From contig CM060731.1 in the NCBI GenBank assembly GCA_030704615.1, positions 87,978,001 to 88,042,000 of the forward strand: a stretch of DNA of 64,000 bases, in the 5' to 3' direction. A program made the position numbers and the translations under genes. Origin of the DNA: Takakia lepidozioides. Taxonomy: Eukaryota > Plantae > Bryophyta. The notes under the pieces were generated by a model. That model saw only the letters and a program-made list of their open reading frames with translations, did not search any database and had not been told where the DNA came from. Positions 24,575 through 37,854 of the stretch are shown here, piece by piece. Positions within the stretch are counted from its first letter, which is position 1; each line of letters begins with the position of its first letter.

Positions 24575-26282
24575 TTAATATGTATAACCCTTGACAAACA
24601 TTCCCTTCTTGGCTTCCTCAGCTTCACCTGCAGCAGAATACTTTCCAAGTTGAGCCAAAGAGTTGGCCTTGGCGCGAATAAGAAGAGCCTTTTGAGCTGC
24701 CTCAATATTCTCAGGTTGGCCCTTCCATGTCTTGAGCACAGAGTTCTGAAGGGCCCGGGCATAGGAGAAAGACACATGCCATGGATTGGGGCTTTGGTTC
24801 ATTGCGTTCAGATTCAGAGTAGCTTCCACCTCAGACTGACCTCCAGACAAGAACTGAGCACACAAGCAAAAGTAAAATTAGAAAGGTGTAGCCAAACAAC
24901 TTCTACCTACCTGCAAAACGCTACATTCTACTCCAGCCTCCTGGCCTGCACTTAATGAATTCACTTTTAACTAAAACTGCAAGAAATTGATCAAAATGAA
25001 GAATGCCATCCACCACGGCCTTAGGAAGGCAACAAGTCTCCCGCGACAGACATGACATGACCACCTAGAGCAATGTACTGAAGGCAAGGGGAAAATACCA
25101 TGATGCCAGGCACAGATGGCGGCACTCGTCTCTTCAACAGTGTGAGGGTATACTCTGCAATAGTTTCAGGAGTTGACCTCTCTTTGCATTCGGCTCCAGG
25201 AGTAACCATGCTAGGCTTCAGCAGAATACCCTCGAACAGAACGTTGTTCTCAGCAAGGAAGAAAAACACCTTTGACCACACCTTCAAAGCCACCTCAAGA
25301 GTTCTATCGATGCCATGGTCCCCATCAAGGAGGATCTCAGGCTCCACAATAGGCACCAATCCGTTATCCTACAAACCCCACAGTAGCAAGCACAAGAGGA
25401 TTTTAAGAGCGACGAACAATTCCACTGCCACGGATGCAAGGAAAAGGTCTAACATTTGCAAATATCCGGCACCTACTGGACTCGTTCGCGCATACCTGGG
25501 AGATGGCTGCGTAGCGAGCAAGACCCCATGCAGCTTCGGTCACAGCCAATTCGGAAGGTCCATTGGGAATGCTCACCACTGTGCGCCTGCAAGGCATCGA
25601 CGACGCCGCTCAATACATTATTCTCTCAAAACCACTTCACAGAACGAACCATAGCACGTGGAAAGAGAGAATTGGCTTACCACTTGGCGAACCTTGCTCC
25701 CTGCTTGTAATAAGCAGCAGTCCTAGAAGCCAAACCATCAAGACCTTGGCACCAAGACTCGTTGTTAGATCCAGCGAGTGGCACAAGACCCTGGCACAGA
25801 AAGGCCCAGAAGCACTCATGTGAGATGAACGATGATGAACGGAAGACTTGTCACTCAGATATGCAACGCATTGCCTGAAGGAAAGGCTCAGTACCTTGTC
25901 GACTTTGATACCGGGAATGACTTTCTGCTCTGTAAGAATATCGACCATCTTCTTTCCATCGGTGGTGGACTGGAACAAGGTTTCCTCAAAAAGAATTGCC
26001 CCCGATACATACTCTCCCAGACCGGGAGTTGAAACCAGCAGTTGTCTGTAAGCCTGTCGGTTTACTTCTGTGTTCTCGAGGCCAATGGAGGCCAGGCGCA
26101 AGCCACAGGTTGCATTGGATTCATCCATGGCCAAAATGCCGCGCCCGGGAGAAGCCACCGATTTCTGAAACAACCACACACACAATCCAAGGTTGACATC
26201 AGCTCTCAAAAACCCGTCCACCGTGGATCCGCCCTCGCGGCATCTCGGCTCCCCTCTAGCAACCGAGATCCTCGAGCCAACT

Positions 26283-26319
<37 letters not shown>

Positions 26320-26571
26320 GACTCTGGCGCAGTGCTAACGCAACCCTCAATGCTACAGAACAGGCCACAAGACACCAAAAACCGGAACGTAATCACATAC
26401 CGCAGTCTTAACGAGCTCCTCATCATAACCCGCAGCCCTGATCGCGAACGCAACATTGGATGTCCTCAGAGGCGCAACAGATTGCCTCACAATCTTTCCA
26501 ACAAAGTCAGATTTGAGGCTGACTTGTGGCTTGAACGAAACGCCAGCAGACATCGCAGCGACTGCAGCCAT
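24575..26571 (-). CDS. FBA: Fructose-bisphosphate aldolase class I, plastid-targeted (6 exons)
   Basis: Exons 26571-26401, 26164-25895, 25790-25681, 25586-25496, 25368-25099 and 24853-24575, all GT-AG; transit peptide; '[12 protein letters not shown]', '[12 protein letters not shown]', '[10 protein letters not shown]', 'FLSGGQSE', C-terminal 'GMFVKGYTY'. Confidence 0.97.
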
Positions 26572-27738
26572 GTTGCTAAGCGCGGAGCAGGCACGGCAGA
26601 AAGAGAGAAGTTGATTTTGAGAGTGCAGGACTGAGAGCGCAGCCTTGTGATGGTCAAGTGATAGGCCTGCCTCGCCGCATATGTGGAGGAGAGCAAGCAC
26701 GGCGAATCCGACGGTGCACAGCGCACGCGGGCTGGGCACCACACACGCAAGGAACGGGCCCTGCGCATCACGCCCTCTTGTCCGCACGCTCGCGCTCTGC
26801 GTGTTATCATCGACCACAGCGGTCCCTTCGATGGGCCCCTCTTTCTTTTCCAGGTCGGCATTTCCCTTTATTCTTATATCTATTCCCTTGAAATACGACC
26901 GTCCGCACATGCTCGCTATTAATATTGTTTTATTCCCGACATCGACGTAGAGAGCGCTTATCATTTGTAAGAGCGAGCGGTATTGAGGGGTGGGGGGGGG
27001 GGGGAGAAAGAAGGTTAAGGTTGGGGTCAAAGGAGTGATGGGCGGCTAAGTCGGCCGGCAATTGTCAAATCCCAACTTATTCTCTTTCGCGCCTCTTGTC
27101 TCTTAGTCTATTGTGATATGCCCTGCCAGCGAGTTTCCATGAAAACCCCCCCCCCCCCCCCCCCCCTTTACGCTGTATTTTATAAAGAGCGAATGTGTGC
27201 TATTGATTCCGTCTTGTGATGCCCGATCTTTCCTGTCCGTCTGGAAATCAGAGATGGGTGAACAAGGTCCACAGGGGAAACCATGGCGAGATCAAGTTTT
27301 GCAGCACTCCCGTGATCCACGATCATTGCATACTTTTGAAATCCAAGTCCGATTTGTTAAAGCGCACAACGTATGTTTCATCTCGATTGCGATTGTGTGC
27401 TTGCACAGCCACAAACAAGTTGCCTTTTTTCCAAACGTACATACGACCTACCCTTGAGCCTAACGTAGGCGTTAAGGATGAATCGCTGTGACACTGTCCT
27501 TGTTTTTCTGGGTTGGACTTGGTCTTGGCCTACATATACTCAAGGTGGACTGCTTGTGATATACACATGATACACGACAATGAACATAATGCATCTGAAT
27601 CAACTGTGCAATCTGATTGGATAGCGATCTCCTGAATAGAAAAGTTCCTTTGCTTCAGTCTTTCCTAGTTTCAAGGTTTCCTTGCAGGATTTCCAAAACC
27701 TTAAAGATTTTGATCAAGCAGTGGATTTGCACACTTGT

Positions 27739-28381
27739 ACTGGTCAAACTAAATCTTTAACAGAGGCAAACCAGTGCTGTGCTGTGGTGGCCAAAATAGA
27801 AAAGCAACTATGAAATATACATGTTGACTCAAAGGGATGCATTAAACCACCCGTTATCACCTTATACAAATATGTTCGGTCTACAGAACAGTGCCTCCAC
27901 TTGCCTCAACAACATGGGATGTGGACACAGAGTAGTTCACACAACTCAACAAGGTTATCTCACTTGGTAACTGTAACAAAATTTGCACCGCGCGGACAAA
28001 TGATCACGAAAGACGCTCAGGCAACTAAACCTTTCTAGCCAAAAATAAAAACAATCGAAGCACTGGTCAAACTACATCTTTAGCAGAGGCAAACCAGTGC
28101 TGTGCTGTGGTGGCCAAAATAGAAAAGCAACTATGAAATATACATGTTGACTCAAAGGGATGCATTAAACCACCTGTTATCATCTTATACAAATGTGTTC
28201 GGTCTACAGAACAGTGCCTTCACTTGCCTCAACAACATGGGATGTGGACACAGAGTAGTTGCCACAACTCAACAAGGTTATCTCACTTGGTAACTGTAAC
28301 AAAATTTGCACCGCGCGGACAAATGATCACGAAAGACGCTCAGGCAACTAAACCTTTCTAGCCAAAAATAAACACAATCGA
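27739..28381. repeat. Direct tandem duplication, 2 x ~323 bp, in the SEC31 3' region
   Basis: ACTGGTCAAACTA...ACAATCGA at 27739-28058 and 28062-28381 with few substitutions. Confidence 0.95.
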
Positions 28382-28515
28382 CCTGGCAGCCCGTTCTTGC
28401 ATACACTTCAGCAGACCACAAAGACATAATTATGACTGCATCAGACCCAACCCACATGCTTGCTGCAATGCAAGCAGAACAAATGTTGGTAGAACCTCCC
28501 ATCTAAACACATCCA

Positions 28516-31500
28516 TTATCTAAAACTCTGGCGAGTTTTGATCATGCGCTTCAAGGCAGCTAGCCAAAAGCTGCACTCATCCCATTCGCTTGTTGTCAAA
28601 GCCACCTGTTCAAATCAAACACCGTTATGGTCAGTCTCCCGAGTGTCAAACTGACAGACAAAGTAGTGTGTAAATAATGAAGCCGTGCAAATAATGCAGT
28701 CGATCAGGTACAACTGGAAATTGTGCAGGGACTCACTGGCTAGAAGCACTATATACCTGTATTTGTAGTGCAGTGTTATAATCGCCACCATTCAGAGCCT
28801 GGCAGAGTTGCACAAGTTTCGTGGACGCATTAGCTGATAAATCTGAGGAGTTCAACTTGACAAAAAGAGCCCCCAGTTTCCTTGAGTTGTCATCAATTTC
28901 TCGTTTCTTAGCTGGAACTGCTCTGCTTCCCCCATGTGCTTCCGAGGTTTCGTTGAACAGCGTCGTCAGCGTTGCCACGACGGGTTTCAAATCAGCTGAA
29001 CAAGCACCCAACCATGCAACCTTTAAAGCTGGATCACCTACCCTTGAAGAGAGAAAAACAGTCAGTGGCAGAAAACCAACAGTGACTTTAGGATGCTTGT
29101 TTGAGGAACAATCTGATAAACATGGAGTCAACTCCTCGGCAACCAGGACAGAATGGGTATGTAGGGCCAGACTGGTTCCATTCCAACATAAAATGACCCA
29201 CACAGACAGAGAACTACTATACTAACTACAATGAGGGGTAGTGGTCAACCTCCAACATGTGAGGTGTCCACGTTCTGGACTGTGGGTGTGGGACTGAGGG
29301 CAGTGGAGGAGGTCGTGCTACTAGTTGCCTGTGGGCTGGCTGGCTGTTGGGTGGCTGCTGCCTGCTGCTGGGGTGGAGTGACGGGCATGAAGCTGCGTGG
29401 AGGTGGCGCTGTGGTGCTCATTGATGCACCGGGCATCATGACACTGGGTTGTTGCATGCCCGCACCTGGGTATGCTTGGGGCCCGGACGCACCCTGTCCC
29501 ATACCCACTTTTCAACTTACATTCCACATATGTGCGCATACTATCCACCAAGAAAAACGCAAACAATGACCATGAAAGATACGGACCAAATTCCATACCA
29601 AACCTGCAACAGAGTCGACACAGAATAAACCAGAAACAAGATAAAGGATGCATACCGGGTACAAGGAGGGAGGAGGAGCAGCAACAGGAGGCTGGGGATA
29701 TGCCTCGAAGGTTGGTGTGGGTGGTGGAGGTGCTGGAACAAATCCTGTCACTTGCTGTGGTTGTTGAGTCACACTTGAACTCCCATAATTTGGTTGCACC
29801 TGTAAAATCAGATGTCAAAGCTTTGGCTTTTGCCTCTTAGGGCCCAGCTTTGACAAGTTTGCCTAGCCATCGCATCTGTTTGGGTGAGCTATGATGGCCA
29901 TTGAGTCAGCATACAGCAATCCAGCATGAACAGCATACAAGACAACCCCTGGCGACTCTGATATATGAGAAGTTGCTCATTGCTGGCCAGCTAGTACACG
30001 CAGCAATTCCTCTCATGGATTGGATCCTCTCATGCCTCTTCACACTATGCTATACACAGCCTCTTGTTTTCTCACGAAATTGCCACCAGGCCCTCCTTAC
30101 TGGTCCTTTCATTATCCAAATTCATTATCTAGACCCCAACAAAGCCAATAACTTGCGATGGTATTTCTCATCAATATTCTCTCTCCCAAATTGATTTCAC
30201 TTAGGAGCTCTGACGAGAACCCGGCCCATGAAAATGACATACCATAGTAGGGGCAGGTGCAGAAGGATAAAAGAGTTGAGGAGATGGTGCTGCAGGGGAG
30301 AAGCCAGGCATAGGCTGCAGTGATTGGTAGCCACCTGCATATGCAGAACTTTCTTGCTGGAACGTATCCTGCTGCATACCACCCAAGCAACAGAAATTCA
30401 CTGCATCCTTGGCATTGCATAGAGATCAGTGACATATTTGAACTAAGAGCTTATCAGAAGTGAGGTTGGAGTTAAGAGCTGAACTCAATTCTAGACATGC
30501 AAAGCAGCAAAGAGTCACAAGCCACCTGTAAGTACTTAACTAACATGCAGTGAAAGCCATCAACTTCCCAAACCCACCAACTAACCGGGTAGTAACTTGA
30601 TCGGTGAGGTGATGGGTAAGGAGTTTGAATAGGCTCTGTTGCCAGAGTTGGCTGCGGCTGTGGCTGAAACTCTCGTGTCTCAAATGGAAATGATGGCACT
30701 TCCACTTTGCTGTCTGCAACTGCACAAAACCCTAGCTTTATCAATTACTTGTAGCACTTTATCCATAACCTTGATCAGAATCTCCATTTTAAGCCATTGA
30801 AAAAACTCTTGACATCTTGCTAAGTGCCTCTCCTTCCTCCATGAGCCATCCTGTGTACTCCATAAATTCCTCCTTCTGTCTTTCTCAAACTCTACCTGTG
30901 TATATCAGTCAAGCAGGAATGCTGCCTACCATTGGAGAATTAGCTACTTATCTCAGCATATGATAGATATATGAATCCATCGCAAAAAGCTTAACTGCTG
31001 TGGCACTTGAAACAGCACAAGAACAAAACCAGGTATACCTTGGCCACTGCGGTAGATGCGATCTCGCAAGATCTCCAGTTCCTGGGATGATTCGTCAGAA
31101 GGCACAAGTTTGAGGTATTCAAGGGCGGTTGACAGAAGGCCCTGGCTGGCCAGCAGTTCTGCATAGAGGTTTACCAACCGTGCCAAGGATGAGCTCACTC
31201 GCTTAGTCCCAGTTGCCAGCCCTAGAACCACCGCCTTTTCCATCACATCCTGTCCAATTTTACCGGCATCAAGTCAGTCTTTCCTTGTTTCCCCAAAGAA
31301 TCCACCCCACCATTTCTTAGGACAGATGCGTAGATCATGCAACTTTCCATAGCTAAGCCATAAGCCTCACACTTGCAAGGACATACCTGCAGCACGTCCA
31401 CAAAGTCACTCCCACCATTTTTGCTTTCCAAATTCCTTGACCAGATGTCCACAGCTTTTTCAATGTTACCAGCACAGATAAAACATAATGTAGCTGCTTG

Positions 31501-34500
31501 AGTGTCATGGCCAACATCCAACCGTGCCCCTAACGCATCGCAGAGCTGTGTCCAGTCCTCACTGCGAGCATACTGCATGTGCCACAACAGCTCCCCCTCA
31601 GTCAGTCCACTTTCCAACCAGGTATAAGCCATGGACAGAATGAAATATGTGCGTTGTTACTCATATGGGTTGCAGGAAATAATTAAGTAAGACACCTCCT
31701 ATCATTTGTGGGTTGATGCGACCGAGGATCAAATATTGCAGCTGCGTGCATACACAGAAAAAGGAGAAATTTGTACTGCATGACGGCTTGGAGGTTAATG
31801 CTGACCATTCTTCAGGAAGAGAAGAAACAACGTACAGTGCATAGTAATGCCAAAGTCTCTTTCCATTCCTTGAGTGGCCTGCTCTCCACAAGACTTTGTA
31901 AGTCATTGTTGACCACTGCTGACACTATCTGTGCACAGATGCCCAATCCCCAGCAACTAGACAGTCAGATTCCAAACCGCTGCGTAACATGCTACTACTC
32001 AATCTCCACCAGTGCTACTAATCAGTCTGGCCAACATGTGGGGTTCAAACTTCAGTAGCTTATGTGAGTAGAGCGTATACCATGTTTGCCAGAATGAATC
32101 TGCTGCAGAAAGAAGGTCCACACAAAACCAGAGATGGAGTACTAAAAGTAAACGGGTCTGCGTCTATTGCTCATAGGAAACAGGGAAAAGTACAGGATTT
32201 GAGTCCCAAAAGGTTCTCTGCCCCTGCACAGGTATTACCTTCAAATAAGGATTACGTGTCTTCCGAATGTACTCATTCTGAGTTTTTTCCCATAGGACAG
32301 GTCCACCAACAAAAGCCAGGACGAGAGCATCTGCCATCCGATTATCAGCAAGGCAGTGCTGAACAGCAGTTTGAAAATCACCAGCTACCAATGCCCGTTG
32401 AATTGCTCTCTCTGATTCACTGTCTGCTTCACTGTTGGATTCACGTTGCGCTTCCTCGGATTGAGGTTCCACTACACCGACCTCCTCAGTCAGGGAAGTC
32501 TCCAAGGAAAGACCTTGAGGTGCAGTGGGTGTTCTTGGCGTCTGAAGGTTGTCAAAGAAATCATCTCCATCATCCCCAGTTATGAAAGAGTCCTCGTTCA
32601 AGGACACAACAGGTGGAGTGGGCACCACCTCAGTGGCATTACTGTCACTCAAACTTAAGTTCTGCACCAGCTCCTCTTGTGCGGTAGTATCAACCTCAGG
32701 CCGATCTACATCCCCATTTTGTGAGGGTTGCACTGCAAACCCAAAGTGTGTGAGCAGCTGTCTCCGGGCGTCCTCGTCAAACATAATCTTAAGAAAGCTC
32801 CAAGTCTCCTTCTCCTCCTCAGACCTGCCTTGCCGAACAACACAATGCTGTTCAAAATGAAACCACAGCATATTCTCAATGGTGTCCCAAACCATGCATA
32901 CACTAGATCTCTGATCCCCAAATACACAGTTACACGGCAACAACAATTCGAGTCTCCAAACAGCCTGACATCTACTATGCTTACCCTGCAACTGCAGCTT
33001 TTGAATCGCAGAAGTTGCGCAGGGATGTCTTTTCACCATCAGCAATTGCTTGTTCGAAACCGGTGGATCGCTCCACAAGACCTTCCTCTGTGATCAGACT
33101 GTGAATGCGGACCTGCAAATTTGCAGAATCCGGACCTAGATTCATTAACTGTCTCTGATCAGGCCAAAGACAAACAGCAAAAGACATGCACACAAGGCCC
33201 TACACATCAATCACCATTTACCTCTGAGCCCAGGGAACTAGCTGCTCCAGCAGTCACCTTCTTGGGACCAAAGGACACAAGCTTGCCCCCAAATCCAAAA
33301 CTCACACCAACAGGTCTCTTCAACCACTTGGGGGCCCTCCTCAGTGCTGCATGACCAACCCATCTGGGGTTATAACTCATGGAGGAAGAATATAGTTTAG
33401 CAGCCAACTCCCAGAAAGTTCGGTCTAATGCATTGAAACACAAAACTGGAGGAATGTTGTCAGATCACCTATAACAGCCAAATGACAACCCTGACCCAGT
33501 AAAAAAAGAATTTCCAACAATGTAACATACATCAAGAACCAGTGAATTTCCCCACATTGACTGAAGGCCACCCTCCATACCAGCATTCATATGACACACT
33601 CTGGTCTCAAAAAACTCCAATATGATAACAACTGCAGCAAAGATCCAACCCACAAGCCTCCACACCCAACCGGAGAGAGCAAGAAAACAAGATTAGCAAA
33701 AAAGACAAACTAGAATTGGACAAACCAAGGAGATGATGAAGGTGAGAGCCAGTAGCGCACCCCAAGGCTTCCAACTAGCATACCTGTTGTGGACCGACTT
33801 CCATTGAAGGCCCCGCCAAAATCAGCTTCACCTGGTGAAATTCTGCTGCAGGCCTGCACAGCAGCCACAGTTGAAACACCAGGTAAGCCCACAACTATCA
33901 CAGCCTATCTTCAAATCAATTCACTCAAATTACATGCTTCAAAAAGACGCTGAATCAGCTCCTTGGATATTTCAGTACCAGAAACTAGGTGCTGAACTAC
34001 TTGATACAAACCCCAATACATATGGCCATGGAAACCACGAGCCAACTGCAGGGAGCACCAACCTCCACCAACTTCAGTGTAGTGCCAGAACAGTACTAGT
34101 TGGCTGCAAAGTATTGCCATTACAACAGCTACAGTAGGCTTGCAGCCACATAAACCCAAGGATACAATCCTCTGGGTTATTTGACAATTAGACTGGACCC
34201 GCTGCCGTACTATAGGAGAATAAATTTGGGCATGCTGGAACGAGGGAGGAGAGAGATGGTGGGGATGGAAGAGACCATACAAAGCAACCTGTGCATATGT
34301 GTGTGCTTAGAAGTGCCTTACAACAAGAAGGGGATCCACTCCAACATACTCAGGTTCAGGACAATGGATGCTGGATAATAAAGCCTGTACAACATAAATA
34401 CCTCAATGTTGAAGATTCCAATCTTCCCATCAAATGATGAAGTTGACAAAACACCAGGTGAGCAAGGTGACCATTGAACATCAAAGTTCCAATTATTGCT

Positions 34501-37103
34501 GGCTGGAAGTTCGCATAGTACCTGCAAGACTCCTGTCAGAGAACTGATAATGCTATCTATTGAACTTATTTCGCCCCATTTTTGGTCTATCTTCATAATG
34601 GAAAAGACATTTGAAGCTAATTTGGTTCCCAGCACTATGCTACAACCTTACTGCTTTGGTAAAGGAGTGGCTCTCTTCACTCAACCTGTCATTGCCAATC
34701 GGGGTCCATCCCCATAGTAAAGCTCAAGCACAATGAGAAGATAAGCACACCTCCCCTGAAGCAGTGTCCCAACAAAGTGTTCGATTGTCCTTGGCACAAG
34801 TCAGCAAAAGAGAACTGTCACTGGGGCACCATGCCATAGCCAACACCCCTGCAACAGACAGGAAACTGTCTTGAGCTTCCAACTTCCACAGCAGCAGTCC
34901 TTTCAAGTTATACTAAAAATAAATCAGCTACAAAAGACATTATGTTAGTATGGACAAGAGTGGACGTGCCTTTTGTATGTCCAACGAGCTCCTTTAAAGG
35001 GGAAACTGAATTTCGCAAGTCCCAGACCTGCACACATGCCCGGATAAGTGGAGTGAGAGAGACAGTATTGGAGGAGGAGAGGGGGGTATAAAGACAACAC
35101 CGGGTCTGGTCATGGTAGGCATGGTACCTGTAGAGAAGGAGAGCGGTCATCATCAGATGCTACAATCAGCTGAGTGGCTACCTCCGGATTCCACTGCAAT
35201 GCCGAGCACCGGCGTCGACTTGTAGGGTCTGTGAAACTGTCATTGCAGTTCTTCACGGTCATTGCAATTCACGTCACACCCCACTAATACCTCCAAACAC
35301 TACATTAGCACTATTTATTGCTTTGGGATCTTGCTATCTATCCTTCATGTACAACTGAATGCTGAAGGCACCCAAGCATAAGATATGAAGATAATGGCAA
35401 TCAGACCTTTGCCCAGCTACATTAGTGGTGAGACCTAACTGCAGCCCTAAATATGGTATCTTTCGGTTCTCGGAGCGATTGAATGCTGAATAAGTTTCAA
35501 ACTACCTGATGACCTGCTTTTGACGCTTCAAGTCCCAGACCACTGTTGCTCCCACCCCACCCCACCCCACCCATCGAAAACACAACTTCATCGTCAGCCA
35601 CCAGCTCTCAAAGACAACAGAGCTAATGTAAGTCCTCCAACTTCACTGCACCAACAACAAACGCTAACTTGCCAGCTGTTACAGTTGATGCTCTTCCATG
35701 GAAATTTGGGGAATGGCATACTCTCACCAGATGTGCCTGAATAAGATGTTGACGCAAGAATATGCTGCACCTTTCGATTCCAGGACACATAACTTATCTC
35801 ACCCTGAACCCCTCCACCCTATATGACGCCCAAGCAAGTCAGATGAAACAACTAGGACCACACAGGGGGTCACATTTCGACACGAGAAGGGAAAGTGATC
35901 CTACCCTCAGAGGTGGAAACTGAGAAGGCTCAGAAGGGGATGCCAAATCCCAAATGTACAAGTCCCCATCATCTCCTCCAGAAGCAAGTAGATTTGGTGT
36001 GAACACGTTGAACTCCAAGCCACGCACCTATGTAATTTACACCAATGATTGTTAGGCATACACATACATGCTTCGTTGCAGTGGCCTGAATGATCATGGC
36101 ACATTGCCCAGGCATACTCAATCCCGGAAGAACTGAAAGTGAAGGCAGCATCAGTTTTCAGAGCACCTCCCTACTGCACAAATAATATCATCTAAATTTT
36201 TATGCTAGTGACGCATAACAAATGTGAAAATGTCAGATATGCAGAAAACTCAGAGAACCTTAATTTAGCGGGTGCCAGACCTACTAGAAGTCTGCACTAG
36301 TCAGCTTCTGGCTATCTCTCACTGTAAGAACGACCTACATACAGGAAAAATAACAGGTTGCACCACAAAAACCTAAAAGAGAGAACCATGTTGCGCTGAC
36401 TGTGTAGGGCAAAATCATTCAGTGACACAACAGCTTGTTGAACAACACCAGCTATCTCTGTGTCGAATCTGAGTTCAAACGAAAGAGAACGGCCCCTCAC
36501 AGTCATTAATCTGACTAGAATGAAGGCACGGGTATGGACTCACGGCGCCTGTGTGTGTATGTGGTTTTCCAAACAGGGCTTCCTCTCTGTCAGCTGCATC
36601 CTCGCTGCTCCAGTGAAGAACACAGACCATTCCAAGAAAGGCCAGGGTCAATTCCCCACCAATAGCTTCAATCTTAATAAAATTTCAATGAAATGATGCA
36701 GGAATTTTGTCCCCTTCCCCCATTGGAGAGTAATCCTCCCACAGATCCGATTCGGGAAACAGAACGGGAAAAACAAAAAAAAAAACCTGATGAGTTTGGC
36801 AGGGTTCCAAAGGTCGATTGTGCCGTCAGCAAGGCCACCAGCTATCACCCCGAGAGGAAACTCTTCTGAGCTGCCAACCCCAATGTTGCTCCACGACAGA
36901 CGATGGAACCGTTCACTGGTTGGACAAGAGCCCAGCACAGGAAGGTCCAGATCCGTACTAGCAAAATCCAGCTTCAACATCTCCAGGCATGCTGACGAGC
37001 TAAAACTCAGATCAATGGCCCCCGCCATTGTGCCCACGGCCATGATCTGTGCCATCGGGGCAAATGCCACCGTGGCCGACCTCGATATCGACTTCAGCGC
37101 CAT
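28516..37103 (-). CDS. SEC31: COPII outer coat protein SEC31 (multi-exon)
   Basis: '[16 protein letters not shown]...[12 protein letters not shown]', WD40 exons ('VRGLEFN', '[12 protein letters not shown]', 'AMAWCP.DS'), '[20 protein letters not shown]', Pro-rich linker, '[16 protein letters not shown]', terminal '[22 protein letters not shown]'. Confidence 0.95.
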
Positions 37104-37854
37104 CCTGTCGTCTTTCTCTCTGCAACCGCTTTGGATCCTCTGAGGAATGGTGAGACACAGAGATCAGCATACAAATCGAGCTGCAGTGTCCTTTTATCTC
37201 GCGCGAAAACCCAATAGAAAGACACTCCACAGACCGACCACCACCCGCGGGACGGGTTGAAGGTCGAGACACGCAGTTCGCAGCAAGCATAGAGATCGTC
37301 AAGCAATTACGTCATACCTTTGCTTGCTCTAACAATTCCAGCAACGATCACCCCCGCGGCCTTCACTCTAATAAGTACCTAGGCCCGCTTTTGTGCGGGG
37401 GCTCCATCATTCCTCTCACGCCCCAATTCGTGGCAGACAGGTCATCGCACTGCCACATCCTGACGTTTTGATTGGCAAAAATATTTGCTGGCGTCTCCTC
37501 ATTGGGTTTTCTGCTGAGCCAGCCTGATTTTATGCTTGGGCCATGGTGACAATAGGGAGTTTTGGGTTTTCAACGTGGCCGAGAGGATTTGAAACCAGGA
37601 CCAGCTGCGGCACGGTCAGAATGCCCTAACCAGTAGGCTACATAAAAAATGCATGGTTGCAGGAATAATGGGCGTCCTGCGAGGGAATGCTGTGCAGATC
37701 TGTCGTCGTCGTCGTCTTCTCCGATCGATCCTGCCGTGCCTCTCATGTGTTTGCGGAGTGATCTCACTGGCAGCAATGGAGAATCTCTTTTGTGTTTGCA
37801 GCAAGCGGCCCCAGTGGTAAATCCTGCACGCAGCGGCCGAGAAAAGCAAACAGA
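37104..37854. promoter_or_regulatory. Putative bidirectional promoter and 5' UTRs for SEC31 and SCYL
   Basis: Only 751 bp between divergent ATGs; ATTGG (CCAAT) boxes at about 37471 and 37501; TGACGT cores at about 37308 and 37461. Confidence 0.55.

Noticed and set aside
26572-27030. N-terminal extension of the aldolase ORF
   Set aside because: Open frame through promoter/5' UTR from a non-ATG start; the transit peptide starts at 26571
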